In this document: one piece after another, positions 49,042 through 63,337 of the stretch
How the letters are laid out: each line of letters begins with the position of its first letter
Numbering within the stretch: the stretch's first letter is position 1
Source of the DNA: Chara braunii
Lineage: Eukaryota > Plantae > Charophyceae
Direction of reading: 5' to 3'
DNA: 63,998 bases
Assembly: GCA_003427395.1 (NCBI GenBank)
Contig: BFEA01000005.1
Coordinates: forward strand, 726,334-790,331
Made by a program: the position numbers and the translations under genes
The notes under the pieces: generated by a model
Seen by the model: the letters and a program-made list of their open reading frames with translations, nothing else
Told to the model about the DNA's origin: nothing
The model's database searches: none

Positions 49042-51113
49042 TCCACCGCCTTCACACTTTCTTCCTCCTCCACCTCCTTCACCAATCCACCATAGTCGAC
49101 CACCTTCACACCTTCTTCCTCCTCCACCTCCGTCACCCATCCACCATAGCCAACCACCTTCACACCTTCTTCTTCCTCCACCTTCTTCACCCATCCACCA
49201 TAGCCGACCACCTTCACACCTTCTTCGTCCTCCACCTCCTTTACCCATCGACCATAGCTGCACCGTCTTTATCCTTCACCCACTTCACCCATCCACCATA
49301 GCCAACTACCTTCACACCTTCTTCCTACTCCACCTCCTTCACCCATCCACGATAGCCAACCACCCTCACACCTCCTTCCTCCTCCACCTCCTTCAGCTAT
49401 CCACCATAGCCAGCCACCTTCACACCTTCTTCCTCCCCCATGTTCTTCTCCCATCCACCATAGTCAACCACCTTCACAACTCCTTCCTCCTCCACCTCCT
49501 TCCTCCTCCACCTCCTTCCTCCTCCACCTCCTTCATCCACCCACCATAGCCAGACACCTTTACACCTTCTTCCTCCTCCAACTCCTTCACCCATCCACCA
49601 TAGCCAGCCACCTCCACACCTTCTTCGTCCTTCAACTCCTTCACCCATCCGCTACAGCCAACCTCCTTCACACCTTCTTCCTCCCCAACCTCCCTTACCC
49701 ATCCACCATAGCCAACCACCTTCACATCTTCTTCCTCCTCCGCCTTCTTCACCCATCCGCCATAGCCAACCACCTTCATACCTTCTTCCTCCACGTAGTT
49801 CACCCATTCACCATAGGAAACCATCTTCACACCTTCTTTCTCCTCCACCTCCTTCACCCATCCGCCATAGCAAACCACCTTTAAACCTTCTTCCTCCTCC
49901 ACCTCCTCCACCGATTCACCATAACCAACCACCTTCACACCTTCTTCCTCCTTCACCTCCTTCCACCATCTACCATAGCCAACCACCTTTACACCTTCTT
50001 CCTCCTCCACCTCCTTCACCCATCCACCATATCCAACCACCTTCACACCTTCTTCCTCCTCCACCTCCTTCACCCATCCACCATAGTCAGCCAACTTCAC
50101 ACCTTCTTCCTCCTCCACCTCGTTCACCCATCCACCATAGCCAACCACCCTCCATCTCCTTCACCCATGCACCTTAGGCAACCACCTTCACACCTTTCTC
50201 CTCCACCTTCACCTATCTACCATAGCCAACCACCTTCACACCTTCCAACTCCTCCATCTCCTCCACCTCCTCCACCTCCTCCACTCATCCACCATAGCCA
50301 ACCACCTTCACACATTCTTCCTCCTCCACCTCCTGAACCCATCCACCATAGCCAACCACCTTCACACCTTCTTCTTACTCCACCTCCTTCACCCATCCAC
50401 CATAGCCAGCCACCTTCACGCCTTCTTCCTCCTCCACCTTCTTCACCCATCCACCATAGTCAACCACCTTCACATCTCCTTCCTCCTCCACCTCCATTTC
50501 CCATCCACCGTAGCGAACCACTTTTACACCTTCCTCCTCCACCTCCTTCACCCATCCAGCATAGCCAACCACCTTCACACCTTCTTCCTCATCCACCTCC
50601 TCATCCACCTCCTCATCCACCTCCTTCACCCATCCGCCATAGCCAACCACCTTCAAACCTTCTTCCTCCTCCACCTCCTTCACCCATCCAGCATAGCCAG
50701 CCACCTTCACGCCTTCTTCCTCCTCCACTCTCCTCACCCATCCACCATATCCAGCCATCTTCACGCCTTCTTCATCCTTCACCTCCTTCACTCATCCACC
50801 ATAGCCAACCACCTTCACACCTTCTTGCTCCTCGACCTCCTTCACCCATCCTTCGTAGCCAACCACCTTCACACCTTCTCCCTCCTCCACCTCCTTCACC
50901 CGTCCACCACCATAGCCAACCACCTTCACACTGTCTTCGTCCTCTACCTCGTTCACCCATCTACCATAACCAACTACCTCAAACCTCCTTCATCCCCCAC
51001 CTCAATGGTCAACCATCACCATGATCAATGAAATATGGGATCGCGGAACGTAGGAGGAGCCTTAGCTAAGGATGGTAGGACAGCTTGGGGATAAACTTTG
51101 ATTAGAAGTAAGG

Positions 51114-51178
<65 letters not shown>

Positions 51179-51336
51179 NNNNNNNNNNNNNNNNNNNNNN
51201 NNNNNNNNNNNNNNNNNNNNNNNNNNNNNNNNNNNNNNNNNNNNNNNNNNNNNNNNNNNNNNNNNNNNNNNNNNNNNNNNNNNNNNNNNNNNNNNNNNNN
51301 NNNNNNNNNNNNNNNNNNNNNNNNNNNNNNNNNNNN

Positions 51337-51417
<81 letters not shown>

Positions 51418-51428
51418 ACATACACACA

Positions 51429-51461
<33 letters not shown>

Positions 51462-51479
51462 TCCTTATTTCACCGACTG

Positions 51480-54400
51480 CCCTTCATCTGCCCTTCTCAT
51501 ACCCTAAGCCTAGTTTTGACCTTTCACTCCCTCTTTCCTTTTGGCAAGCGACTAACTCTTCCCAGCTCACTTGTCGCATTGCCATAGGACGAACAATGAA
51601 AGAACTTGGACCTCACTTGGTCGAAAGAGATGGCAAGGGGAGGGTTGCCAGTCCCTTGCGCCACCAAGAAGGGAAAGTGTTTAAGGATTGGGAAGAGTGA
51701 GAGCATGAGGGACTTAAGGATTCATAAGGGCTTGAGGTCTGGCAAGGAGGTCAGTGGACTCGACCAACACCTCGACTGCATGAGAATGTGAAGAGGATGG
51801 CTTGGATATTGTAAAGAAACAGACAAGTAAGCAACCAAAAGAGAAAGAAAATAAGCATGCGGGAGGGATTATGTGTTGACCCCGAATGGGGGTTGTGCTT
51901 GTTTATATTGCATTGAGTGTGCAAGTGAGTAACCCTTAAGATGCCTTCAGCTGGATAACACCCCGATAGGCCGGGGGGCAAAAAGGGGAAGTTAAATAGG
52001 TTGTGAACGTAACCCTCCCCCATGGATGAATCTTTATGCATGTCGTCATGTTCTTGAACAGAAATGTGGTTTGAATGGTTGTTGTCTGCAAAAATGTCAA
52101 GTGGTCAAAAAAGCCCCCGAGTCGCATGAGTATGTGGATGGGACCCTGAAAGGACTAAGGGGTGCATAGACGAGCAATGAAATGCGCTGCATGAAACATG
52201 AATGATGTATGAGATAGCGGATGTCAACAAATAGATCGGCTAGAGGTCGGAGCTGAGGGCACCTAAGTGAGGCCACAGAGCCCTACATGACTCAGTCCAC
52301 GGGCCTATGCCAAGGGGTGTCCCTCCACCTCAAAGACGTTCCAAGACTTTACGCTTAGTGAACGGATGTGTGGCCCAAGGAAGACGATTGACCTACGAGT
52401 AAAACAAGGAAACTCTCAAAAGACTCCTTAGACTGCTTGAGTATTGGAAGCAGGACTGCCTGGAGGTGCCTGGTCTCAAGCTAGGTCCATGTACAGCCAG
52501 GGGGTCCAGCGTTTGTGAAACGCTCGACCCTCAAGAACAACAAATTTTGACGAGTTTTCGGCCAAAAAACTCAGTTTCAATTTCGTTCAAAAAATAAAAA
52601 AATGTCCATTTTGACGAAATTGTCGTTTTTGGTCGTGCGGTCTCACGGATCGTGCGATCGAAATTGCTCACGCCATGCCCAAGCATAAGGAGCACCAGGC
52701 TGCTCCTTATCAAAAGGAGCTAGCCAGTAGCCTGTGTCGAATTCGATCCCAGCATTTGTTGGGCGACAATCTCATATAGTACCTACTAGGCTAGCTCCTA
52801 CTACGAGAGTAGTATCAACAACTCTTTTATTTGAAGAGCTGCAACCCAGCAGGTCTCTCGCGTCTCTAGGTTGACTCCCCCTGCCTTACCCACAAAACTC
52901 GCTCACCAACCATCTACTCGGCGGTTGACTAGTTCACTAGGTCTTCCAACAACCCTTTTAAGTCATGGTCGCGACATTGGATCTTGAAGAGTTTGTTCTC
53001 GCGGTAAAAAAAAATTGTAACCCGCACGTTCACGCCACGGCCGTAACCACTCTTTTTGGTCACTAAGGATCTGAATCGCGTGGCTGTCTCTTATGTAAGT
53101 AGAGTACGTTGAGATTTGGTACCCCAACGGCCGCACGTCCCTACGTCCCGGTTGAGGCCTCAACAAGGCGAAGTACAATCACTTACACCGCCTTGTATCA
53201 CCACTATAATGACACTATTCTCTCAGAAGCTGCAGGTGTCAAAAAGTTTTAGCACTTCGGTCATAGGTATGGTCAAAATATCTTTAGAACAGGAGTCAAT
53301 CTTGATCAAGTTCCTCAATTTAATGAAATGGTCAGACGACGTCCGACGTTAAAAAACCCGAGTAGATACCCTTATAAGGGTTTCTGCTCTGATAGTACCA
53401 CTTCAACTAGCCTTTGTAGCTACTTCCACTATCATCGAGTCTCCTTCAAGCTCCCATACTCGCAGTGATTCCCCTCCTCTTACTCCAGTTGAGTCGAGAA
53501 CTCTCCAGGGTGCATTGGGGCGGCATCTACTTGCCTCATGCAACTGTGAGTGAGGCGGACTGCCCCCTTGGCTCAAGTAGGCTGAGCACAGTGCTCTGCC
53601 CAGCCTATGGGCCTCTCCCATGTGCATAAGGTGAACTGAGGTACCCCCGAGGCCCTATCTCACTCATGGGCCTCCCTGGAAGCACCAAGACTTCATTTTG
53701 GTCAGACACATGCAGTCTGAGTGGTTGGTACGACCTCGGACTGTCGTTGTGGTCACTCTATGCTTTACTTTCATTTGCAGATGTTGTCCCTTGGATCCGA
53801 ATAATCAAGAGACAACCAGGGTTGAAAAAGGGTGGCCTTTTGGACTCCCTCTCAAATTTTTCAAGCCCTACTCAAAATGGAGTGGGCCGACGTACCTCTT
53901 GTACCTCGGTACATTTTCTTCCACGGATCTGGTCAAAATCCAAGGCCAACTCTAACATGAGCTACATCTACGTGACCCTTGCTTCAAATTAGAGCCCTAG
54001 GGGCTCTTCTTTTCGATGTCTAGTGTATCTGGCCACAACTCTTGGCAAAGTACACTGCTTTGTCTCTTTCCTTATTTTGTTTCTTTCCATTTTTTGCTGC
54101 TAACTCATTCCGGAGTTGACTGTTTGAGTTTGCATCACTAAAACGACCATATTATATCCTCCATATATCTGAATCTCAGATCTAAGTCCCAAAATAAAAT
54201 TGACCACCACTCTTTTGCTTTTCCTTTTGTTTTTCTCATTTTAATTCGGATTTTGTTGAGATAAGAAAAGACCCTAAGGACCTTATCTCTTCACTCTGGA
54301 TTTACCTCCACTTATGACAGTCCCAATTCTTCGTTTTTTTCCTCTCATTTTTCCTTTTCTTTTTCTTTTATTTTTGACGTGACAAGTGTCAACTACCTGT

Positions 54401-56641
54401 TGATATTTTTTTTTTGTCATGGATCTTGTTGTAGTCTGTTATTTTTTGGTATGCAAAAATGGCACCCCCACACTCTTAGGGGCTCCATTTTGCCTCCATT
54501 AGTCCCAAATTGTGGCCCCCTTTGCTCCGATTTTTAGCCTATTTACTGCATAGAGCCTCTCAAAGCTCTATTTTCTCGTGCTTGGTTGGTCCGAGATATC
54601 CAGGACTGCAACCTAGACCCTCCTCCTTTCGTTTCTTTCACCTTCTCTCCGAAAAACGCGCAACTTGGTGCTAATATTTTTCACCGTTAGATCTTGATCT
54701 CGACGGTGCATCTGATTTTGATTGTCCATTCCTCATGTTGCCCCATAGTTTCCTTGGGACAACTCAAGTCCCTGCCACTTATCCCATACTAGTCCCCTCT
54801 CCTGGTCCCATCGGTGGTCCCGCCGGTCCCGATCCCAAATGCTGATTGTTTTTATTCCCGTCTAGTCCCTGACATCATTCTCAATGCTTTCCCAATTTTA
54901 TTTGAGACTCCTTAGTTCCCAGCAGTCTCGTTGTCCGTTTTCTCATGAGTCACTAGTGCGCCGAATATTATCGGTCGCTAGATTTTGATCTCACGGTTGC
55001 CAATCACCGTCACAACTTGCTCCCATATACTTGAGGCATTGTTTACTAGTGCCATGAGGACGTCAAGGCTTATTTTTCCTTGGTCCCAACACTCCATTGC
55101 AGCCCGTTAATTTTTAAAGTGCAATGGAGGGCATGTTCTTAGTCTCATTGCCCCCAAACTTACCCCATACTGAAACTAAATGAGGCGACACATTTCCAAG
55201 TGCGTCCAGACTCAATATTGGCTCCGGATGTACTTGAAACATTTGTTTACTTTAAGTTTTGTGATCCGTTGTAAAATGGACTACCTCCCTCTTGACTTTT
55301 GTCGACTTTCTAAGAAAAAATCAAGAAAAACTAGAACATTTTGTAACCGTTTCATCCTAGGATGAATTCGGTCAAAAAATGTATCTGAAACATGTGTTTC
55401 CATGACCTCCAAGTGTTTGTGTTTGACCGTTTCAGTCCCAACTACATCTAGACTTGATGCAGGTTTGTACAATGCACCTAAGCCTTCTTCAAGAGGGGAC
55501 AAGTTAACCATGATGTGGCGGCTTGTCCTTTTTTCACTCCCACACTCTCCCACCTCTCCTTTTCTCTCTCTAGGCCTTTTTTTTTCCACCTTTGCTGACC
55601 GTTTTATCTTGAACTACACTATAACCTCATTTTTCAGGTTCATTGCACCTGGACCCCCAGAAACTGAAGCTCTTGTAGTCCGTTGCATCCCTTTTGAGTC
55701 CCTTCTCAATTTCAAGGTCTATAAGCTTTGTAATTGAGATACCGTATTTCAGGTTTATTGTGCTTGGACACTAGTGTGGCTGGTACCTAGTAGTCTGCTT
55801 GCACCCTTCAGCCCCCCCCCTTTTTCTCATGTCGTACTTAGGTGGTTTTCTAGGCCACAGACTAGGGACCCCATTCCGGCAACACTAAGGCACTATTTTC
55901 CTTGGTGTCGCTGAGCTCATCTGCTTGCGGCACTAGTGGACTTGTGCTATTTTTTTCGGCGGTCTTCCTTCCTTAAGAAGGAGGGCCGTCTTTATTACTT
56001 ATTTTTTTCTTTCTCTTCCTTCCTTAAGAAGGAGGGCCGTCTTTATTACTTATTTTTTTCTTTCTCTGTGGCATTTGGTAATCTCATCCCCGCGGGATGT
56101 CCTCCTTATGTTGCGCGACCACCAATGCCGCTCTTGCCACTTGCTGCATCCGCAAGCCTTCAACGACGTCCGCTTGCTTCAGAAAAATAAGTTTTTGGAC
56201 TAATGGTCTTTGTTGCTTCCGCATTTTTAATATGTCATGGTTGATGATGCCGAATGTTCCTGCTTTGGAACAACGTTGTTCCACTCACATTTGCCCAATG
56301 TGATTATGGGAAAAATCGTATTTCCCGTTTTTCTCTCAGAATCTTCTCTAACTATCTCTCATTCTGTTATTGGCCCTCTTTCTTAGTCTAGTCCAAGGTC
56401 TTGTGCCACCGCGGCCCTTTCTACCGCCGTCTTTGTGTCCTACTGGTCCTGAGTCCCATCTTGGGAGCCTTGGTTCCGACGGTCCCGAGTCCCATCCTGG
56501 GACTCTTAGTCCTTGCGGTCCCATTCTTGCCGCCCATCTGACCTTTCTTATTCTCCTTTCAGATCCCTCTGCCATGCACAGTCTTGTCTTATTTTCTGTC
56601 TCAAGGGTCGTGACCTGGTCCGAGAACCAAGGGTTTCGACA
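51480..56641 (-). mobile_element. Long LTR (~53401-56641) with PBS-like site and leader of an LTR element, related to the 24.6-30.6 kb element
   Basis: Ends ...GGTTTCGACA, homologous to the LTR ends at 25731 and 30555. Shares blocks with 24960-25130 and 28990-29220. TGGTACTATCAGAGC (Met PBS with a 3-nt insert) on minus at 53386-53400. Confidence 0.65.
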
Positions 56642-58560
56642 TCGGTCGCTCAACGATGAGCGAACTTTATTTTTGGCCCTCAAAGCCATCTTGCTATCCG
56701 CAAAGGTTTTGCGCATTTATGACCCACTTTTGCCGACGAGCGTCACTACCGATGCGTCCGACTATGGCATTGGTGTCGTTCTTGAGCAACACAATGGCGT
56801 GGATTGTCACCTGGTCGAGTATTTTGGCAAAAAGGTGACCGTCGTGCACTCAAGCGGTGACGACACTTTCTCCTCGGTTGACACCAATTCCGATGGGTCA
56901 CGAATAACAATCCGTACAAGTCGCAAGACACGAACAATAGCACCATTTCCTGTTGGATGACCTTCATCAACCAGTTTGACTTCTTCCCCGATCACATTTC
57001 GTGAAAGTCAAACCGTTTCGCGGACACTTTTTCAAGGCGCCCGGACCTTTGTACCGCGGTCTACTCGACATTTGAGATCGACGAAGACTTGCAGGATATC
57101 TTTATCCAAGACTACGAAGCCGACCTCGAGTTTCATGACGAATACGCAAAATGCTCCTCTTCGAATCGGGCACCTTCGCACTATCGAGTCCAAGAGGGTT
57201 ACTTGCTCGTCCACTCGCGGGGGAAGGATCTTCTAGTGACCCACACTTACTTACGTGACTTTTAGGCGAGTTCCACGACTCTCCTGCCTGTGAACATTTT
57301 GGTGTCAATCATATGATTGGCCGACATCGCGGGTGCTTTTGGTGGGCCGGCCTTCTCGGCGACGTCACACGCTATTGCGAGTCATGCGAGGTTTGTCGGC
57401 ATTGCAAATCCCGCAATCATCAGCTGTTCGGAGAGTTGCGACCATTGCCAGTACCCTTAGGACAACGGGAATCGATTGCCATGGACATCACTGGACCGTT
57501 CCCGAAGCATAAGTCCGGCGTGGATGGGATTCTTGCAGTGGTCGATCGACTCACCGAGTTCACCATGTTTTTGCCTTGTCGCTATCACGCCAAGGCACCG
57601 GAACTGGCCGAGGTTCTCTACACCGGTTGGATTCGAACCAACGGTTACCCCAAGGAGATCGTTTGCGACCGCGACACTTGGTTCATGCGCGACTTTTGGT
57701 TGAATCTCGTCAAATGATGGGGCTCATCTCTCAATAGGAGTTCGGCTCGTCACCTGCAGACCAATGGTCAGACGGAAAGAGCGCATCAAACCGCACAGGT
57801 TCTTCTTCTCACTCTCATCCGCCCCGACCAAAAGGATTGGGTCGAGCGGTTGCCAAACATGGAGTTGGCATACAACTCATCTATATATCCAACTATCGGG
57901 ATGTCGCCCTTTGAGTTCGAGCATGACTCCCCAGTCACATCGTCGTTGGACACTATCATTCCACGGACGACCGAGAGTGACGACCACCTTGTCTTCATTC
58001 GACGGATGCAAGAGCTCCTTGTCAAGGCAGATGTCGAGGACACAACAACGCATGAGCTGACAAGCCAATCACCACGGTCTTCTTTGCCCGTTCCACGCTG
58101 GCGACCTCGTTTGGGTCTCCGCTACGGAGTTTAGCCCCGAGCAAGATATCTCTCGCAAGCTCCTTCCGAAATTGATGGGGCCTTGGTGGATTGTAGTGTC
58201 CGCTGGTGACGCACTGGAGGGATCCTCGTTTGTAATTCAGGTGCCTGCCCACTTGCCCGTCTACCCGGTCTTTCATTGTTCGGAGTTGGCTCTTTTCGTT
58301 TCAGTGGAACGCGACGACTTTCCCGAGCGATGATCGCAATACCCTCCCTCCATGGATGGTTCTTAGGAGGTCAGCGACATCATTTCGCGGCGGCGCCATG
58401 ACAACAACGCGGCATAATACTTGGTGCATTTTTCATATTGTAGCCAGAACGCCAACCGTTGGTTGACCCATGCGGAACTGCAGGTTATGGCCCTCGATGT
58501 CTTTGCACATTATGAATGCAAGCAGCAAGGCAAGCCGGCAGCTTCGGCTCACTCGTGACC
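56642..58560 (+). pseudogene. Second Gypsy pol remnant (RNase H, integrase, chromodomain-like end)
   Basis: VTTDASDYGIGVVLEQ; CESCEVC; LRPLPVP; IAMDITGP; VVDRLT; IVCDRD; LAYNSS. Many stops. Confidence 0.9.
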
Positions 58561-58750
58561 AATGGACCCCGGAAAATACGCCGAATTGGATAGCGAAGCT
58601 TATTTACGAAGCGTTGACGAAATCGCTAAAAACGTTTGACGAAGAGGAAATGACCATTTATGAGTTCGTATTTTAAGAGCAACGAAGTGTCATTTTTGAG
58701 AGAATTACAAGTTATGGACAATCACAAATATCTCAAAATTGCACTTCCAA

Positions 58751-61190
58751 TTTTACTTAGTCGTTTTTTTGGTGGGGGGGGATCATATCCCGACGTGGTT
58801 TCGGGATTTCGGTACTGAAAACGCACTTCAGGATTTCGGGATTGTAGTTAGTTTTTTTTTTGGCAGGGGGGGAGTATATCCCAACGTGCGTTCGGGATTT
58901 CGGTACCGAAAACGCACTTCGGGATTTCGGGATTTTACTCAGTCGTTTTTTTGGGGGGGGGTGATTATATCCCGACGTGCGTTCGGGATTTCGGTACCGA
59001 AAACGCACTTCGGGATTTNCGGTACCGAAAACGCACTTCGGGATTTCGGGATTTTACTTAGTTTTTTTTTGGGCGGGGGGGGATTATATCCCGACGTGCG
59101 TTCGGGATTTCGGTCCCGAGAACGTACTTCGGGATTTTACTTAGTTTTTTTTTTGCGGGGGGGGATTATATCCCGACGTGCGTTCGGGATTTCGGTACCG
59201 AAAACGCACTTCGGGATTTCGGGATTTTACTTAGTCGTTTTGTTGGCGGGGGGTGATTATATCCCGACGTGCGTTCGGGATTTCGGTATCGAAAACGCAC
59301 TTCAGAATTTTGGGATTTTACTTAGTCGTTTTTTTGGGGGGGGGTGATTATATCCCGACGTGCGTTCCGGATTTTGGTACCGAAAATACACTTCGGGATT
59401 TCGGGATTTTACTTGGTCGTTTTTTTGGGGGGGGGTTGATTATATCCCGACGTGCGTTTGGGACTTCGGTACCGAAAACGCACTTCGGGATTTCGGGATC
59501 TTACTTGGGCGTTTTTTTTTGGAGGGGGGATTATATCCCAATGTGCGTTCGGGATTTCGGTACTGAAAACGCACTTTAGGATTTCGGGATTTGACTTAGT
59601 TGTTTTTTTCGCGGGGGGGGATTATATCCCGACGTGCGTTCGGGATTTCGGTACCGAAACGCACTTCGGGATTTCGGGATTTTACTTAGGTTTTTTTTTT
59701 GGTGGGGGGGATTATATCCCGACGTGCGTTCGGGATTTTGGTACCGAAAACGCACTTCGGGATTTCGGGATTTTACTTAGTCGTTTTGTTGGCGGGGGGT
59801 GATTATATCCCGTTGTGCGTTCGGGATTTCGGTATCGAAAACGCACTTTGGAATTTTGGGATTTTACTTAGTCGTTTTTTTTGGGGGGGGTGATTATATC
59901 CCGACGTGCGTTCGGGATTTCGGTACCGGAAACGCACTTCGGGATTTCGGTACCGAAAACGCACTTCGGGATTTCGGGATTTTACTTGGTCGTTTTTTTT
60001 TGGGGGGGTGATTATATCTCGACGTGCGTTCGGGATTTCGATACCGAAACGCACTTCGGGATTTCGGGATTTTACTTAGTTATTTTTTTGGCCGGGGGGG
60101 ATTATATCCCGACGTGCGTTCGGGTTCTCGGTACCAAAACGCACTTCGGGATATCAGGATTTTACTAAGGCGTTTTTTTTGGTGGGGGGGATTATATCCC
60201 GACGTGCATTCGGGATTTTGGTACCGAAAACGTACTTCGGGATCTCAGGATTTTACGTAGTTGTTTTTTTGGCGGGGCGAGGATTGTATCCTGATGTGCG
60301 TTCGGGATTTCGGTACCGAAAACGCACTTCAGGATTTCGGGATTTTACTTAGTTTTTTTTTTGGCGGGGGGGGATTATATCCCGACGTGCGTTCGGGATT
60401 TCGGTACCGAAAATGCACTTCGGGATTTCCGGATTTTACTTAGTTGTTTTTTTTTGGGGGGGGGATTATATCCCGATGTGCGTTCAGGATTTCGGTACCG
60501 AAAACGCACTTCGGTATTTCGAAATTTTACTTAGTCGTTTTTTTGGGGGGGGGTGATTATATCCCGATGTGCGTTCGGGGTTTTGGTACCAAAAACACAC
60601 TTCGGGATTTCGGGATTTTACTTAGTCGTTTTTTTTGGGGGGGGTGATTATATCCCGACGTGCGTTCGGGACTTCGGTACTGAAAACGCACTTCGGGATT
60701 TCGGGATTTTACTTAGGCGTTTTTTTTGGGGGGGGGAATTATATCCCGACGTGCATTCGGGATTCCGGTACCGAAAACGCACTTCAGGATTTCGGGATTT
60801 TACTTAGTTGTTTTTTTGGCGGGGGGGGATTATATCCCGACGTGCGTTCGGGATTTCGGTACCGAAACGCACTTGGGGATTTTGGGATTTTACTAAGGCG
60901 TTTTTTTTTGTGGGGGGGATTATATCCTGACGTGCGTTCAGGATTTTGGTACCGAAAACGCACTTTGGGATTTCAGGATTTTACTTAGTTGTTTTTTTGG
61001 CGGGAGGAGGATTATATCCTGATGTGCGTTCGGGATTTCGGTACCGAAAACGCACTTCGGGATTTCAGGATTTTACTTAGTTGTTTTTTTTTGGGGGGGG
61101 GGATTATATCCCGACGCGCGTTCGGAATTTCGGTACCGAAAACGCAGTTCGGGATTTCGGGATTTTAGTTAGTCTTTTTTTTTTTTGGGG
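58751..61190. repeat. ~91-bp satellite (~27 units, runs into a gap)
   Basis: Unit TTTTACTTAGTCG-Tn-Gn-ATTATATCCCGACGTGCGTTCGGGATTTCGGTACCGAAAACGCACTTCGGGATTTCGGGA. Confidence 0.97.
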
Positions 61191-62035
61191 NNNNNNNNNN
61201 NNNNNNNNNNNNNNNNNNNNNNNNNNNNNNNNNNNNNNNNNNNNNNNNNNNNNNNNNNNNNNNNNNNNNNNNNNNNNNNNNNNNNNNNNNNNNNNNNNNN
61301 NNNNNNNNNNNNNNNNNNNNNNNNNNNNNNNNNNNNNNNNNNNNNNNNNNNNNNNNNNNNNNNNNNNNNNNNNNNNNNNNNNNNNNNNNNNNNNNNNNNN
61401 NNNNNNNNNNNNNNNNNNNNNNNNNNNNNNNNNNNNNNNNNNNNNNNNNNNNNNNNNNNNNNNNNNNNNNNNNNNNNNNNNNNNNNNNNNNNNNNNNNNN
61501 NNNNNNNNNNNNNNNNNNNNNNNNNNNNNNNNNNNNNNNNNNNNNNNNNNNNNNNNNNNNNNNNNNNNNNNNNNNNNNNNNNNNNNNNNNNNNNNNNNNN
61601 NNNNNNNNNNNNNNNNNNNNNNNNNNNNNNNNNNNNNNNNNNNNNNNNNNNNNNNNNNNNNNNNNNNNNNNNNNNNNNNNNNNNNNNNNNNNNNNNNNNN
61701 NNNNNNNNNNNNNNNNNNNNNNNNNNNNNNNNNNNNNNNNNNNNNNNNNNNNNNNNNNNNNNNNNNNNNNNNNNNNNNNNNNNNNNNNNNNNNNNNNNNN
61801 NNNNNNNNNNNNNNNNNNNNNNNNNNNNNNNNNNNNNNNNNNNNNNNNNNNNNNNNNNNNNNNNNNNNNNNNNNNNNNNNNNNNNNNNNNNNNNNNNNNN
61901 NNNNNNNNNNNNNNNNNNNNNNNNNNNNNNNNNNNNNNNNNNNNNNNNNNNNNNNNNNNNNNNNNNNNNNNNNNNNNNNNNNNNNNNNNNNNNNNNNNNN
62001 NNNNNNNNNNNNNNNNNNNNNNNNNNNNNNNNNNN

Positions 62036-62080
<45 letters not shown>

Positions 62081-62221
62081 AAAGTTTCAAGCTTCGGCCA
62101 ACACTTCAAGCAAAGTTTCAACCTCCCCCTCAACACCCCCCTGCGCACGTTTAGTTGGCGCTATATTGGTACCCCACATAGTTGGCCCCCAGCATAGCGC
62201 AACACGTACATGGGACGGCAC

Positions 62222-62300
62222 ACGTGGTAGCTCAGTGGGTTGGAGCTAAGATATCGCAAGCAGTACACATATGTGGCTTAGGTTTGATTCTGATGGGCGT
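62222..62300 (+). other. Possible degenerate tRNA-derived SINE head
   Basis: A-box-like TAGCTCAGTGGGTTGGAGC and B-box-like GGTTTGATTCT about 50 bp apart. Confidence 0.35.
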
Positions 62301-63337
62301 TATATTGCACATGATATAGCACAACGTCACGGATAGTACACATTTAGCTTAGGGCGCAGGTTGGGATGGGCCAGGGGCTTAGTGGTGGGGACCGGTTTCT
62401 TAGTGTGAAGTAGTCTGCAAGTATGCTCGTCCGGCATGCCTTCAACCGGGGGTGGGTGGGTTGTCTACTTAGTGTTGGTGCCTGCATTTGCTATCCAGTA
62501 GATCTGCGTGAGGTCCACGCGAGATGGAGGAGTAGGGGATCCAGTAGAAAATCGAGTAATAAAGGATGGGTACGGAGAGCCCTCATGAGCACAAAAAAAA
62601 AAAAATAGAAACGATAAAATGTTTTTGCCTGACACTTGGTGTGTAATACGCCCCTGCTTTTTTCGATTTTGGTAACTTAGGCGGAGTTACATCGCTGAGG
62701 AGCCCCGGTCAACTCCTTCAAGATTGTCGGAGTAACTTAGGCGAAGTTGTTTGTTTTTTTGTCTTTTTTTTTTTTTTTTTTAAATGAATGTACTACCAGT
62801 ACATCTAGGCTCGGCAATGAAGTCCGAGGCTTGGCAATTATCGGGATACCGGTAGCCTGAGCCTCGGACTTGATAGTTGGATGAGGTACTAGTGGTTTAA
62901 GACAAAACTTCCAATGATAGAACTCGTAGAATATTCGATTTTGGTAAGTTAGGCGGCGTTACATCGCTGAGGAGCCACCTTTCTCCGGAGTCCGAACTAT
63001 GCCCAAAAGCATATCCCTAAAAGAAGATTTTTCATGGTCTGAATGGCGGATCGTATTTACTATTTCCTGCCATGTTTTTTTACTCCTATAAAAAAAAAAG
63101 CAGTGCACCTATTTCTGCCATGTGTACATATACATCGACAGAATGAACTTTCCTACGCTCCTGCTAGTTTTTTTTTTATGTCTAGTCATCAATAGGCAAA
63201 TCACAAAAAAAAATAATAAAAAAAACAAAACAAAACCATTTTTCGTTAGATGATAGTCTATCTCTATCTTATCCTCAGAAAATGCACATCCAAACAAACC
63301 GGAGCCAGGAGCTATCCATTCTTATATATATATATAT

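Larger units (their letters stand above)
46976..51020. repeat. 54-bp minisatellite, split by the insertion at 47349-49041
   Basis: Unit CCATCCACCATAGCCAACCACCTTCACACCTTCTTCCTCCTCCACCTCCTTCAC, about 40 units. Confidence 0.95.

Noticed and set aside
58751-61190. CRISPR-like array with palindromic repeats
   Set aside because: There are no unique spacers (only homopolymer length variation), no cas genes, and the context is eukaryotic. It is a satellite.
61081-62249. Long ORFs containing X (also at 1335-2047 and 51025-51700)
   Set aside because: They are open only because they cross N gaps. Only the LINE zinc-finger piece at 1894-2013 is meaningful.
62661-62976. Functional element suggested by ~43-bp direct repeats around an AAGTCCGAGGCT inverted pair
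   Set aside because: The repeats are real, but no TSD or clear TIR supports a specific call.
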